This document shows, piece by piece, positions 39,253 to 48,800 of a DNA stretch of 64,000 bases. Each line of letters opens with the position of its first letter. The stretch's first letter is position 1. This stretch comes from Promethearchaeia archaeon (lineage in GTDB: Archaea > Asgardarchaeota > Lokiarchaeia > Sigyniarchaeales > SOKP01), in assembly GCA_046483985.1 (NCBI GenBank), contig JAWOCD010000110.1, positions 32,001-96,000 of the forward strand, read 5' to 3'. The position numbers and the translations under genes are program-made. The notes beneath the pieces were generated by a model. That model saw nothing but the letters and a program-made list of their open reading frames with translations, was not told where the DNA came from and made no database searches.

Positions 39253-39666
39253 ATGTCAAATATCGATGATTCAGCACGAGAAATGATTCAAAATATCTCA
39301 AATTCATTAGAAGGAACGATTGCACAAATTAATAAAATGAATGAATCAATTAAACAATTAAATCAAAATTTTTCTGAGGAGATTGTAAAACTAGAGGAAA
39401 ATGTTCGATTAATCGTTGAGGTCTTGAAACAATTTAGAGTAAATTCAAGCCGTAGTATCCAAGAACTTGTTGATGATATAAATGATAAAATAAATGAATT
39501 ACATGAGAAAAAGGCGGTGGAAGCCATCTTAGAGGAGGAAAAAGAGGCAATCTCCAAAATCAAGGAAGCAGAACGAGCAGTTGGTAATAATTTGTATTAC
39601 GCTCAGCTACTCACCATTATTCAGTCAATTAGAGAGGAAACCAATAGAATAAGAAGAAATTTGTAA
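39253..39666 (+). CDS. Coiled-coil protein
   Basis: Continuous heptad pattern, no TM, similar length to the upstream gene. Confidence 0.8.
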   Translation: MSNIDDSAREMIQNISNSLEGTIAQINKMNESIKQLNQNFSEEIVKLEENVRLIVEVLKQFRVNSSRSIQELVDDINDKINELHEKKAVEAILEEEKEAISKIKEAERAVGNNLYYAQLLTIIQSIREETNRIRRNL

Positions 39667-39744
39667 AATATTTAACATTTTTAATCATTTAATAAATTTA
39701 AATAAAATTACTAAAATACAATAAATAATTAAGGAGAAAAATCT

Positions 39745-40644
39745 ATGCCAGCGGGTACTTTTGTCATTTTATTACCAAAAGATAGGGATTATGAAGTATT
39801 GGGAACGTATTATAAAGAGAAATTAGAAGAGCAAGATTTCCAAATTTCAAGCAACCTTTTTTTACGTTTGAATTTGAATCACGATAAAAACGAATTTAGT
39901 CTTATAAAATTAAAAGATCTAAATCTTGTTTCATACCTTCATCACTTTGAGGGAAAATTAACGAGGAAATATAACGGTTTTATCCTGGGGCTATTAATTG
40001 AAGAAGAGAACCCAGAAAAATATCGAACGGGTTTAAAGAATACTGCAAAGGCATTAGCAAGTAAAGATATTTTGGACTATTCTGAACAAGAGTTTAATGT
40101 TTTATTAAAAAAAACATACCAACAAAATCTTGAAAAAAGTTCCGATCGGTTGGAAGCAGACCAGATTAAGGAAAGTGTCATTAATAAAACTAAGGATATG
40201 TTAGGGGGCGGCAAAAAAGAAAGAAAAATCGCCCAAGAGTTATTGGAAAAAATAGAAGATGATCTACATTTAAGAGTTTCAAAATATTATAATTCTGCTG
40301 AACAATCAGTAAAAAAGAAAGATTATGGTAAAGCGGCAAAATTATACAAAAAAGCTGCAGAAGGGGCAGAAGAACTACGTGAAGAAGATTTAAAAAAAAC
40401 ATTCTTTGAAAAGGCAGAAAATGCAAAAAGAGTACCGGAAATGATAGAAGAGAGAGACGATGCGATTGAGGAAGCAAGGGATAATTTGAGGGATGAGGAT
40501 TTTAATGCAGCATCTCAGTGGTATAAGAAAGCAAGTAAAATTTCTAAGGAATTAATGCAAACTGAAAAGGAAGAAGAATATAGACTTAAAGCAAAAGCTT
40601 TGCAAGATTTTTATCGCGTGGATCAACGTTTTAAGAATGAGTAG
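39745..40644 (+). CDS. Longin/uDENN-like N-terminal domain + tandem MIT/TPR-like helical repeats
   Basis: MPAGTFVIL..VLGTYY..LVSY..FILGLLIEEENPEKY; DYGKAAKLYKKAA and DFNAASQWYKKAS repeats. Confidence 0.6.
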   Translation: MPAGTFVILLPKDRDYEVLGTYYKEKLEEQDFQISSNLFLRLNLNHDKNEFSLIKLKDLNLVSYLHHFEGKLTRKYNGFILGLLIEEENPEKYRTGLKNTAKALASKDILDYSEQEFNVLLKKTYQQNLEKSSDRLEADQIKESVINKTKDMLGGGKKERKIAQELLEKIEDDLHLRVSKYYNSAEQSVKKKDYGKAAKLYKKAAEGAEELREEDLKKTFFEKAENAKRVPEMIEERDDAIEEARDNLRDEDFNAASQWYKKASKISKELMQTEKEEEYRLKAKALQDFYRVDQRFKNE

Positions 40645-40660
40645 TTAATGAGGCTACATT

Positions 40661-41497
40661 ATGTCAAACCAAGACCCAATTGTTGGGATAATTACGGACT
40701 TTGGCGAAAAGGGGGCTCATTACGTTGCCAGTATGAAGGGTGTTATGCTTAGTTTATCAAAAGAAATTAAAATAATCGATATTTCTCACGATATTACCCC
40801 ATTTTCCATTCTTGAAACATCTTATTTTATTTTTACCACATATAAATATTTTCCACCTAAATCTGCGTTTTTAATTGTTGTAGACCCTGGGGTGGGAAGT
40901 TCAAGGAAGATTTTAGCGCTTGAAACTGACTCAATGCATTATTTTGTGGGACCAGATAATGGAATATTTACCCATTTACTATCTTCAAATGTCATTCGAA
41001 CAGCTGTTTCGGTTGAGAATAAGGAATATTTTCGAGATAAGGTTTCCCAGACATTTCATGGCAGAGATATTATGGCGCCTGTTTCAGCATATCTTGCATC
41101 AGGAATTGAACTGGATCAGCTAGGTCCCGAAATACCGCTTAAAGATCTCCATCAACTTTCAATTATATCTCATTATCGCCAAAAATCAAGGCAAATCGAG
41201 GGGATGATCCAACATATTGATTCTTTTGGGACTGCTACGACTAATATTAAGATGGATGATGAATTTAAAATTGAGAATACTTCAATCCAAATAAAACCAT
41301 CCTCGGAGATTACTCTTATTTACGAGAACAAGGAATATTCAGCTAACTTTAGCTCTCATTTTTCAGAGGTTGACCTTGGCGAATTACTGTTCTTACAAGG
41401 ATCATATGGATATTTGGAGATTGCAAAAAATCAAGGAAACGCTGCTGCTGAGATCGGACTTAGCGTAGGAGACCACATTATCTTGGATTTAAAATGA
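40661..41497 (+). CDS. SAM hydroxide adenosyltransferase / chlorinase-fluorinase family (DUF62)
   Basis: ITDFG, VVDPGVGS, GPDNG, TFHGRDIMAP, HIDSFG, LEIAKNQG. Confidence 0.93.
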   Translation: MSNQDPIVGIITDFGEKGAHYVASMKGVMLSLSKEIKIIDISHDITPFSILETSYFIFTTYKYFPPKSAFLIVVDPGVGSSRKILALETDSMHYFVGPDNGIFTHLLSSNVIRTAVSVENKEYFRDKVSQTFHGRDIMAPVSAYLASGIELDQLGPEIPLKDLHQLSIISHYRQKSRQIEGMIQHIDSFGTATTNIKMDDEFKIENTSIQIKPSSEITLIYENKEYSANFSSHFSEVDLGELLFLQGSYGYLEIAKNQGNAAAEIGLSVGDHIILDLK

Positions 41498-41509
41498 GGA
41501 GAGTTACTT

Positions 41510-42649
41510 ATGAAGGAAGAAATATTAGCATGTATAAAGAAGGGGGATGTGAAATACTTAGAATCGGGGCAAGTGAGCAAATACATTTTTCCCATGGAAC
41601 GGAAAAAAGCGCATGAAAACTCTGTGAGTCATTTAATTGTAAGAATCTTCATAGTGACCTACCAAAATGATGATATCTTGTATTTAGTTCAAAAGCGTGG
41701 GGACCAAAAGAAAAGTTACCCAGGATATTATACCGATTCTGCTTCGGGTCATGTAGAATATCAAGAAGGGCTTGATATGCATGCTATTAAAAATAATGCT
41801 CTCAGGGAATTAAAAGAAGAATTTGGGATAACTAAAGAGAATCTGACTGCATTGAAGTTTTACGATTTACAATATGAGAAAGATCCGTTTTCCCAAGAAA
41901 TTGCCTATATTTTCTTCGGATTGGTGAATCCGGACGTTAAGCCAAAACCAGATCCCTCAGAATTAAACCCAGAGAAGAGCATATTCTATACAGAATCCCA
42001 GTTAAGAGAAATTTTGCAAAAAAAGCACCTAGTAGATTATTCAGAAGAAATTTGGAACGATCTCTTGGAAATGGATATTAAATCTTTTTTTGAAGAAGAA
42101 GAACTTGTAAATACAGAGAACCGCCAAGCAACCGCTTTATTTTTGGGGAGATTCCAGCCGCTGCATAAAGGACATCTTTTTGTTATTAAAACACTTGCCG
42201 AAAAGTACCATTCGCTCAAAATTGGAATAGGAAGTTCCCAGTTCTCTCATACACAACATAATCCGTTCACTAAATATGAACGCAAACAATTTCTTAAAGA
42301 GTGTCTGGAGAAGCTAGGCATTTCTGAAGAGAGATATCACATCTATTTTATTCCAGATCTTTTTAACGCGAAAAAATGGGTGGATAAGGTCATAAATATT
42401 GTAGGAAATTTTGATATCGTGGTTTCGAATAGCGATTGGGTGAGATCGCTCTTTGAACAAAAAGAATACTCGCTTGCGGATAAGATTTTATTTAAAAAAG
42501 AAATCTACAATGGCACGAGAATCCGTAAACTTATTATTAATAAAGAAAAACAATGGAAAGAACTTGTTCCTCAATGTGTTCTGGATTTAATTAAAAAATA
42601 CCAAGGAGTAGAACGAATTCGGTCCGATTATCGGGTAGAAAAAATTTGA
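41510..42649 (+). CDS. nadM: Nudix (IDI-like) domain fused to C-terminal NMN adenylyltransferase
   Basis: QKRGDQKKSYPG..SASGHV..RELKEEFG; GRFQPLHKGH, GSSQ, HNPFT. Confidence 0.85.
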   Translation: MKEEILACIKKGDVKYLESGQVSKYIFPMERKKAHENSVSHLIVRIFIVTYQNDDILYLVQKRGDQKKSYPGYYTDSASGHVEYQEGLDMHAIKNNALRELKEEFGITKENLTALKFYDLQYEKDPFSQEIAYIFFGLVNPDVKPKPDPSELNPEKSIFYTESQLREILQKKHLVDYSEEIWNDLLEMDIKSFFEEEELVNTENRQATALFLGRFQPLHKGHLFVIKTLAEKYHSLKIGIGSSQFSHTQHNPFTKYERKQFLKECLEKLGISEERYHIYFIPDLFNAKKWVDKVINIVGNFDIVVSNSDWVRSLFEQKEYSLADKILFKKEIYNGTRIRKLIINKEKQWKELVPQCVLDLIKKYQGVERIRSDYRVEKI

Positions 42650-42797
42650 ACCACCACGCATTCACCGTAGTCCCTACGGCAGATTCATTATGAGTAAGGA
42701 ACTTGATAGTATTTTCTCCTAATTGCTTTTTGATATTTTTGGACGCATTTCCATCTCTATTATGATGCGCATTACAAGTAGGAAAACCCTTTTTCTA
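42646..42797 (-). pseudogene. tnpB: tnpB C-terminal relic with omegaRNA-like region and right end
   Basis: Minus strand reads RKRVF/(frameshift)PTCNAHHNRDGNASKNIKK...SAVGTTVNA, matching the TnpB CxxC..DRDxNAAxNI motif; ends GCGTGGTGGTTCAA. Confidence 0.75.
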
Positions 42798-42799
42798 TA

Positions 42800-44083
42800 C
42801 TAAATCATTTTAAATAGTTGTCTTAATGCCAGTGACATAATGTACTGTTGGATTTGCCTGGTCCCACCACCAATTTCTTGTATTCTTGAAATCCCTAATA
42901 GGTCTTCCATTAATGTATTATCGCAAACTCCTGCTCCCCCCATGAGATTTGCACATTCATAACATGTCCGTTCGGTCAGCTTTGAACTTTGATACTTTAA
43001 CTGAGATGCCGTCACTCCTAATGCAAGATTCACTTTTTTTGGCGGTGCGCCATCAAACTTCTCGAGCTTTTTATCAACAATTTCACATAAATGTAAGGTA
43101 GCCAGAGTTACAGTCATTACCCTTGACCACATCTCGGCGAGAGTGAAACCGACCCCTTGAAATTTTAATATTTCTTGATCAAATTGCTTTCGCATATTGA
43201 CGTATATATTTGCATGGGTAAGCGCATTCCATGCTTCCGCCAAATTTAAAATGACGATTCCCAACCGCTCTAAATTTAACCCTTCAAATAATAGTTCTTT
43301 CCCTTCTCCTGGCTCCCCTAATATATATTCTTCTGGGATCCTTAAATCATTAAATGTTTCTTTTCCGATATATATCCGTGGAGTCCAGGGGATATTAACT
43401 CTTTGTATGTTCCATCCATCCCATTCGGTATTAACTAAAAATTGCGCCATTTGATTTGAAGAATCTCTTTCTGTAGTTGCATATACAATAGCCCAATCCG
43501 ATTTTGGACCATTGGTCTGATAAATTTTTGTCCCATTCAGAGTAAAACTCCCATCCTTATCTTGTTCGCATAAAGTAGTCATGTGAACGGCATCAGAGCC
43601 CCGATCTGGCTCCGTTATACAGACGCATCCAACTTTCTTACCTGTGACTAAGTCTTTAAGTGCTTCCAATCGCACGGGAACATTTTCATGATGGAGAGTT
43701 AGTGGATTTATCGCTAATACAGTTGCTCCCATTCCCATTGCTAATTGAGGATCAAAGAAATCGGTGGCCATTACCCGTGCAAACTCTGCCATCATCCCGT
43801 AATGCTCATAATTGATATCTATCACCTCAAACCTATTTATATGCGTAATTAGCCCTTCTTTTCCAAAGTCTGGAATCCATTCGTAAAAATCTTCAGAATG
43901 ATCAATATTATTCTTTTTTTCATAGTTTGTATAGAATTTCTGAATTGATTTTAAAAAGTTCATATCCTTTGGCTTCAAGATCTTCATTAAATTATTGTTA
44001 AGAAACTTATAACGGTTCTTTAAACTCATCTTTTGTAAAATTTCACTATTAATGCATTGTACATCTCCTTCTTTTCCGGTCAT
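42800..44083 (-). CDS. Acyl-CoA dehydrogenase
   Basis: CITEPDRGSD, LNGTKIYQTNG, RKQF, MGGAG, EIGGGT. Confidence 0.92.
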   Translation of the reverse strand: MTGKEGDVQCINSEILQKMSLKNRYKFLNNNLMKILKPKDMNFLKSIQKFYTNYEKKNNIDHSEDFYEWIPDFGKEGLITHINRFEVIDINYEHYGMMAEFARVMATDFFDPQLAMGMGATVLAINPLTLHHENVPVRLEALKDLVTGKKVGCVCITEPDRGSDAVHMTTLCEQDKDGSFTLNGTKIYQTNGPKSDWAIVYATTERDSSNQMAQFLVNTEWDGWNIQRVNIPWTPRIYIGKETFNDLRIPEEYILGEPGEGKELLFEGLNLERLGIVILNLAEAWNALTHANIYVNMRKQFDQEILKFQGVGFTLAEMWSRVMTVTLATLHLCEIVDKKLEKFDGAPPKKVNLALGVTASQLKYQSSKLTERTCYECANLMGGAGVCDNTLMEDLLGISRIQEIGGGTRQIQQYIMSLALRQLFKMI

Positions 44084-44202
44084 GAAATTCCCTCTGTAGA
44101 TTGAATTCTTTTATTTAGGTTGGAATACTAATTATTATTACGATCATATATAAAATATTTAGCAATTAGATTTTTTTTCATGGATTCATTTTAAGGATTG
44201 GT

Positions 44203-45258
44203 ATGGATTTTTTAGAGATTGACGGCTCATTCGGGGAAGGAGGGGGCTCTATTTTACGATTAAGCTCAGCATTTTCATTATTATTTGAAATTCCTGTTCA
44301 TATTACCAATATCCGTGCAAACCGTTCAAAACCTGGACTCAGATTACAACATTTACTTGGTCTGAAAACATTGGCTGAATTGACTCATAGTGAACTCAGT
44401 GAGTGTCAAGTTGGTACTCAAGAGATCACGTTAATACCCCATAAAAAGGAGATCAAGAATAACATTAAAGTGGATATCCGAACTGCAGCTTCCATAGGTC
44501 TACTTCTTCAACCACTCCAAATCATGACTTTAGGATTAAATTCGGATGAAATAACGATAAAATTGAACGGTGGAGGGACTTACGGAAAATGGGCACCGAG
44601 CGTCAATTATTTAAATAAAGTAACTTATAGAATTTTTAAATATAGCGGCCTTGATATTAACATAGATATAAAAAAGCATGGATTTTACCCAAAAGGGGGT
44701 GCGCGTTCCCTTTGTACTATAAATCCGCCAAACCAGAAGAAGTTAAACCCGATTGACATTACGGAATTAGGAAATCTCTCCCAACTTCAAGGAAAAATTA
44801 TTGTCACCAAACACCTTCAAGGCAGAAAAATTCCAGAGAGGATAAAACGCTCATTTCACAAAGAAATCAATAAAAATCTTTCAATAGATACTAATATCTC
44901 CCATAAATATGTGGATTCGCTGAGTCCGGGGGTAGGATTAGAAATCTGGTCAAAATCCGATACAGGAGCTATTATCTCATCGGGCACTATCATCGGTGAA
45001 AAACATATTTCTTCCGAACAGCTGGGAAAAATGGCTGCAGGAAAGATTTTGCAGTATATCGAGCATAATATCCCAGTGGATAATTATTTGTCAGATCAGT
45101 TAATTCCGTTAATGGCATACATTGATGGCACATCGAAGATTAAGGTTCAGGAACTAAACAGTCATACCAAGACGAACTTAAAATTATTAGAGAAATTTGT
45201 CGAGAGAGAATACCATGTCCAAGAACTTGACACGGGTTTTATCATCGAGTATGTATAA
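44203..45258 (+). CDS. rtcA: RNA 3'-terminal phosphate cyclase
   Basis: IDGSFGEGGGSILR, IRANRSKPGL, GFYPKGG, DQL, SHTKTN. Confidence 0.93.
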   Translation: MDFLEIDGSFGEGGGSILRLSSAFSLLFEIPVHITNIRANRSKPGLRLQHLLGLKTLAELTHSELSECQVGTQEITLIPHKKEIKNNIKVDIRTAASIGLLLQPLQIMTLGLNSDEITIKLNGGGTYGKWAPSVNYLNKVTYRIFKYSGLDINIDIKKHGFYPKGGARSLCTINPPNQKKLNPIDITELGNLSQLQGKIIVTKHLQGRKIPERIKRSFHKEINKNLSIDTNISHKYVDSLSPGVGLEIWSKSDTGAIISSGTIIGEKHISSEQLGKMAAGKILQYIEHNIPVDNYLSDQLIPLMAYIDGTSKIKVQELNSHTKTNLKLLEKFVEREYHVQELDTGFIIEYV

Positions 45259-45280
45259 TAACTTAAAGTGAGGATCAAAA

Positions 45281-45862
45281 GTGTCTGTCCCCAAATATAT
45301 TCATGAGGTTTCCACTTGGCAAAAGGTTATCAAAATAATCTCTCTCATAGTAGCGATTTTATCCCTTGGCTATTGGATTGTTCACGTGTTTATCCAGTTA
45401 CCCGAGAATCCTTTTGAAATTTTTATCTATCCAGAATTCTTTCTGTTTATTATAGCGATTTCCGTATATACTTTTCTTTATCTACGTGTCTGGAAAGAGA
45501 GGATCTATAACCTAGAGACGGACATATTTGAAACTATTGCATACCGAAAAAAAACATCCATAAAAAATATCGCCCGAATCAAAAATTTGAAAGAACGTTA
45601 CGTGCGTGCGATCTTAGAACGATTGATCAAACAGAATAAGTTATTTGGGTCGATCAAGGATGGGCTATATATCTCTGATAGAACTATGAAACCTAGTTGC
45701 TCACTTTGTAATAAAGAAATCGAAGATCATCTCTTAATGGTTCTGTGCCCCTACTGTAAGCGACCATTCCACAAGGATCATATTATTGACTATATTAATG
45801 ATGTTGAGACAAAATGCCCAGAATGCAATACTCCTTTGAACATTTCCGATATTATAAGCTAA
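45281..45862 (+). CDS. Two-TM membrane protein with wHTH/PCI-like segment and C-terminal RING-like finger
   Basis: Two N-terminal TM; CSLC..CPYC..H..H..CPEC. Confidence 0.7.
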   Translation: MSVPKYIHEVSTWQKVIKIISLIVAILSLGYWIVHVFIQLPENPFEIFIYPEFFLFIIAISVYTFLYLRVWKERIYNLETDIFETIAYRKKTSIKNIARIKNLKERYVRAILERLIKQNKLFGSIKDGLYISDRTMKPSCSLCNKEIEDHLLMVLCPYCKRPFHKDHIIDYINDVETKCPECNTPLNISDIIS

Positions 45863-45950
45863 AGAAAATCATTTTCCACCACATACCAATAAAAATATAT
45901 AAAATTTAATGAATAATAATATATAATAAAAAATAGCTCTTTGAAAAAAA

Positions 45951-46907
45951 ATGTCAACTACATCCGACGCACTGCAACGATGTCCTCGGTGCGGAAATAA
46001 GAATAGAGCAAACTCTTATGCGTGCACTTTTTGCGGAAAACGGTTAAGAACAGAAAGTATTGAAAAGCTTCCAATCTTTAAACGATTTGAAGCCAAAGAA
46101 TGGACCCATCCGCTTCCGTGGTATCGTAAGATTTATAACTTATTCGTTAATCCTTCAAAGGCTTTTTGGGATATAAACCATAAGCGTTCTAAGGCCCCAG
46201 GAATGTTAATTCTGCTTTTTAATGCACTCTTATATGGTCTATTCGGACTTGCAATCTTTTCGCATTTTAAGATAGTTGCTATTGGAGATAACCCAATAAA
46301 CCCTTTCTCTCTCTATTTATTCTCGTATAATTTGAGCTTTTTCCTTTCATTCTTTCTGTTTGGATTGGTATATTATGCGGTATTTTTTACTCTCCTGACA
46401 TGGCTATTCACCAAAGGAGCAAATTACGCTGTTGATTTCTCTGGACGCTTAGAGTCTCGTTTTGGGAGTTCAAAAGAAGGACCAAAATACTCCCAAGAAC
46501 AAGTATCAGTATTTAGTATATACAAAGGCGGGACCTTATTACAAAAGCAAGAATCTCACAAATATAAAATGCTGTTTTCCGCATTTGCCCCATTCTTGCT
46601 TATCAATGCAATTAAGGTTATTATTACCCTATTTGCCTTTCCGAATGTCGAATTGACCGTTAATTGGCAGGAGTTTAATCTGGAAACGTACCAACTCTTT
46701 TTTAATTCCCCCATATGGATTGTGTTTGATGTATTAGATGCTTTAATAATTGCGCTTTGGATCCCTATTCTTATCTCTATTGGGATTCGAGAATTGTCAA
46801 ATTCCAGCACTTATCGGGTATTCATCTCATCATTAATCATAGGGATAGCAGTGGCGTTCATCTATTATCTTTTTAGACCTCATTTATTAGGAAGCGCACT
46901 ACTTTAG
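45951..46907 (+). CDS. Zinc-ribbon + Yip1-family membrane protein
   Basis: CPRC..CTFC; LFVNPSKAFWDI followed by about 5 TM. Confidence 0.75.
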   Translation: MSTTSDALQRCPRCGNKNRANSYACTFCGKRLRTESIEKLPIFKRFEAKEWTHPLPWYRKIYNLFVNPSKAFWDINHKRSKAPGMLILLFNALLYGLFGLAIFSHFKIVAIGDNPINPFSLYLFSYNLSFFLSFFLFGLVYYAVFFTLLTWLFTKGANYAVDFSGRLESRFGSSKEGPKYSQEQVSVFSIYKGGTLLQKQESHKYKMLFSAFAPFLLINAIKVIITLFAFPNVELTVNWQEFNLETYQLFFNSPIWIVFDVLDALIIALWIPILISIGIRELSNSSTYRVFISSLIIGIAVAFIYYLFRPHLLGSALL

Positions 46908-47078
46908 CATAATTAAATATGCTACAATTCCCACGGGAGAACCTAGGATCTTCATACAATTAATGAGATTAATAAGAATTCAAATGACAAAATTAATTAA
47001 TTGTCATCCTTTATATATACTATCTGTATTAAATTAAATTAAATTCATAAAAAAAGAGATTTTACATAGGTTATTATA

Positions 47079-47363
47079 ATGCCCCGACCTGGTCTACGCT
47101 CAAAAACCCAGAAGCGTAAAGAAGTAAAAACACCTGGCAAAAAAAATAACACTCATTATTGGAGAAAAAAACCAAGTAAAGCGCATTGCTTAATGTGCAA
47201 AGAACCCTTAAAATCTGTCCCTCGTAAAAGACCCTCAGAGATGAAAAAAACCAACAAAAGCTCACGTAGAGCAAGCCGATATCTATCTGGTCGTTATTGC
47301 CATAACTGCTTACAAAAACTTATACGGGAAGCTGTAAGGAAAGAGGCTCTCCAAGAACAGTAG
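47079..47363 (+). CDS. rpl34e: 50S ribosomal protein L34e
   Basis: KTPGKK, CLMC..CHNC. Confidence 0.95.
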   Translation: MPRPGLRSKTQKRKEVKTPGKKNNTHYWRKKPSKAHCLMCKEPLKSVPRKRPSEMKKTNKSSRRASRYLSGRYCHNCLQKLIREAVRKEALQEQ

Positions 47364-47490
47364 ATTTTTAAAACACTCATTTTTATACGACGTATTATTA
47401 CTTATAGTTTACCGAATCTTCTATTCTTTCTAATAAATTTTTTCATCTTTAGAATTTTTTAAAGACAAATCATTATAAATCTTAAAAACG

Positions 47491-48033
47491 ATGATTATTA
47501 CTATCTCTGGTCTCCATGGAACGGGAAAGTCCTCTGTCGGAAAAGCGATTGCGAACCAATTAAACTATGATTATTATTCCACGGGTCAAGCATTTCGGGA
47601 TCTTGCCGAAGAAAAAGGTCTTACCTTGGAAGAGTTTAGTGAATATGTTGAAAATAATCCAGAAATCGATGAACAGTTAGATAAAAAAGTACTTCGTATA
47701 GCAAAAGAGGGAGATATTGTAATTGATAGTCAACTGGGAGGTCATTTACTTCAAGATATTGCGGATTTTAAAGTCTTACTGACTGCTCCCTTAGAAATTC
47801 GCGTCAAACGGATGTCTGATCGGGATGGGACACCCTATGAAGCAAAATTGAAGGAAACGAAGATCAGAGAACGATCAGAATATGAACGTTTTAAAGAGTT
47901 ATATGGGTATGATCTCCGAGATAAAGAGCAGCTCAAAAAAATATATGATTTAATTGTTTCTACGGAAGGAGTCTCTAAAAAAAAAGTGATAGAAAAGATT
48001 ATGGCTGCTCTAAAGGATTTTAATAAGAAATGA
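47491..48033 (+). CDS. cmk: Cytidylate kinase (archaeal type)
   Basis: IITISGLHGTGKS; L34e-cmk-L14e synteny. Confidence 0.93.
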   Translation: MIITISGLHGTGKSSVGKAIANQLNYDYYSTGQAFRDLAEEKGLTLEEFSEYVENNPEIDEQLDKKVLRIAKEGDIVIDSQLGGHLLQDIADFKVLLTAPLEIRVKRMSDRDGTPYEAKLKETKIRERSEYERFKELYGYDLRDKEQLKKIYDLIVSTEGVSKKKVIEKIMAALKDFNKK

Positions 48034-48162
48034 CTTTACAAGAAACCAAAATCACAAAGATTTTATTCTAATCTACCTTTTTAATCATATTGAATTTTAA
48101 TATTACTGGTCTGTTTCCAGCATCAGTAGTATTAAACAATAAAAATAATTTGGTGACGAATT

Positions 48163-48435
48163 ATTTCCGTATATGATATTGGTAGAGTTTGTGTCAAAAC
48201 TATGGGTAGAGAAGCCGGTCAATATTGTGTTATCGTAGATATTATAGATAAAAGCTATTTATTAATTGATGGTATTAATGTGCGCAGAAGACGTGTAAAT
48301 TATAAGCATATTGAACCGACTCCTGATATTGTTGAGATTTCTAAGGGGGCTGATCATGAAGAGGTTATTGATGCGATTGAGGATGCCGACTTGGATGACA
48401 AGATGAGCGAACGAATAGAAATACCCTTAGATTAA
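48163..48435 (+). CDS. rpl14e: 50S ribosomal protein L14e; probable ATT start at 48163
   Basis: Conserved (M)SVYDIGRVCVKTMGREAG lies upstream of the ATG used by the ORF track; in-frame TGA at 48154. Confidence 0.92.
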   Translation: MSVYDIGRVCVKTMGREAGQYCVIVDIIDKSYLLIDGINVRRRRVNYKHIEPTPDIVEISKGADHEEVIDAIEDADLDDKMSERIEIPLD

Positions 48436-48480
48436 GACTGTAAGGTATACAATCTTTTGTTTTTCTTTTTTTTATTTTAT

Positions 48481-48563
48481 GCATCAGTCGCCTAGTGGTA
48501 TGGCGCTAGCTTGGAGAGCTAGTGCGCGTATAGCGCTCGTGGGTTCGAATCCCATCTGATGCG
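48481..48563 (+). tRNA. tRNA-Ser (GGA)
   Basis: GCATCAG/CTGATGC + G73; CTAGC-TTGGAGA-GCTAG; long variable arm; GTGGG-TTCGAAT-CCCAT. Confidence 0.95.
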
Positions 48564-48800
48564 TTCAATTCATCTATACACTCGCTTAAAGTTATGGAAG
48601 AAGTTTTAATTAAAAATCCCCCATGCCATCCTCATCAAACTCCGCCTCTTCCACGTGCGTTCCAACTGTACGGTCTCTGGGGGGAATCAGATTTCTTATT
48701 ATATATATCTTGATTTCAATTTTTATTAGCAAACCTTGTCTGGAGCTGGTTTTTTTGAAAATTGAAAAGTAGAAAAAATTAAAAAATCCTAATTCTCTAG

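Noticed and set aside
38785-39666. Bona fide SNARE proteins
   Set aside because: No C-terminal TM anchor, and no zero-layer register can be established by eye; kept only as generic coiled coils
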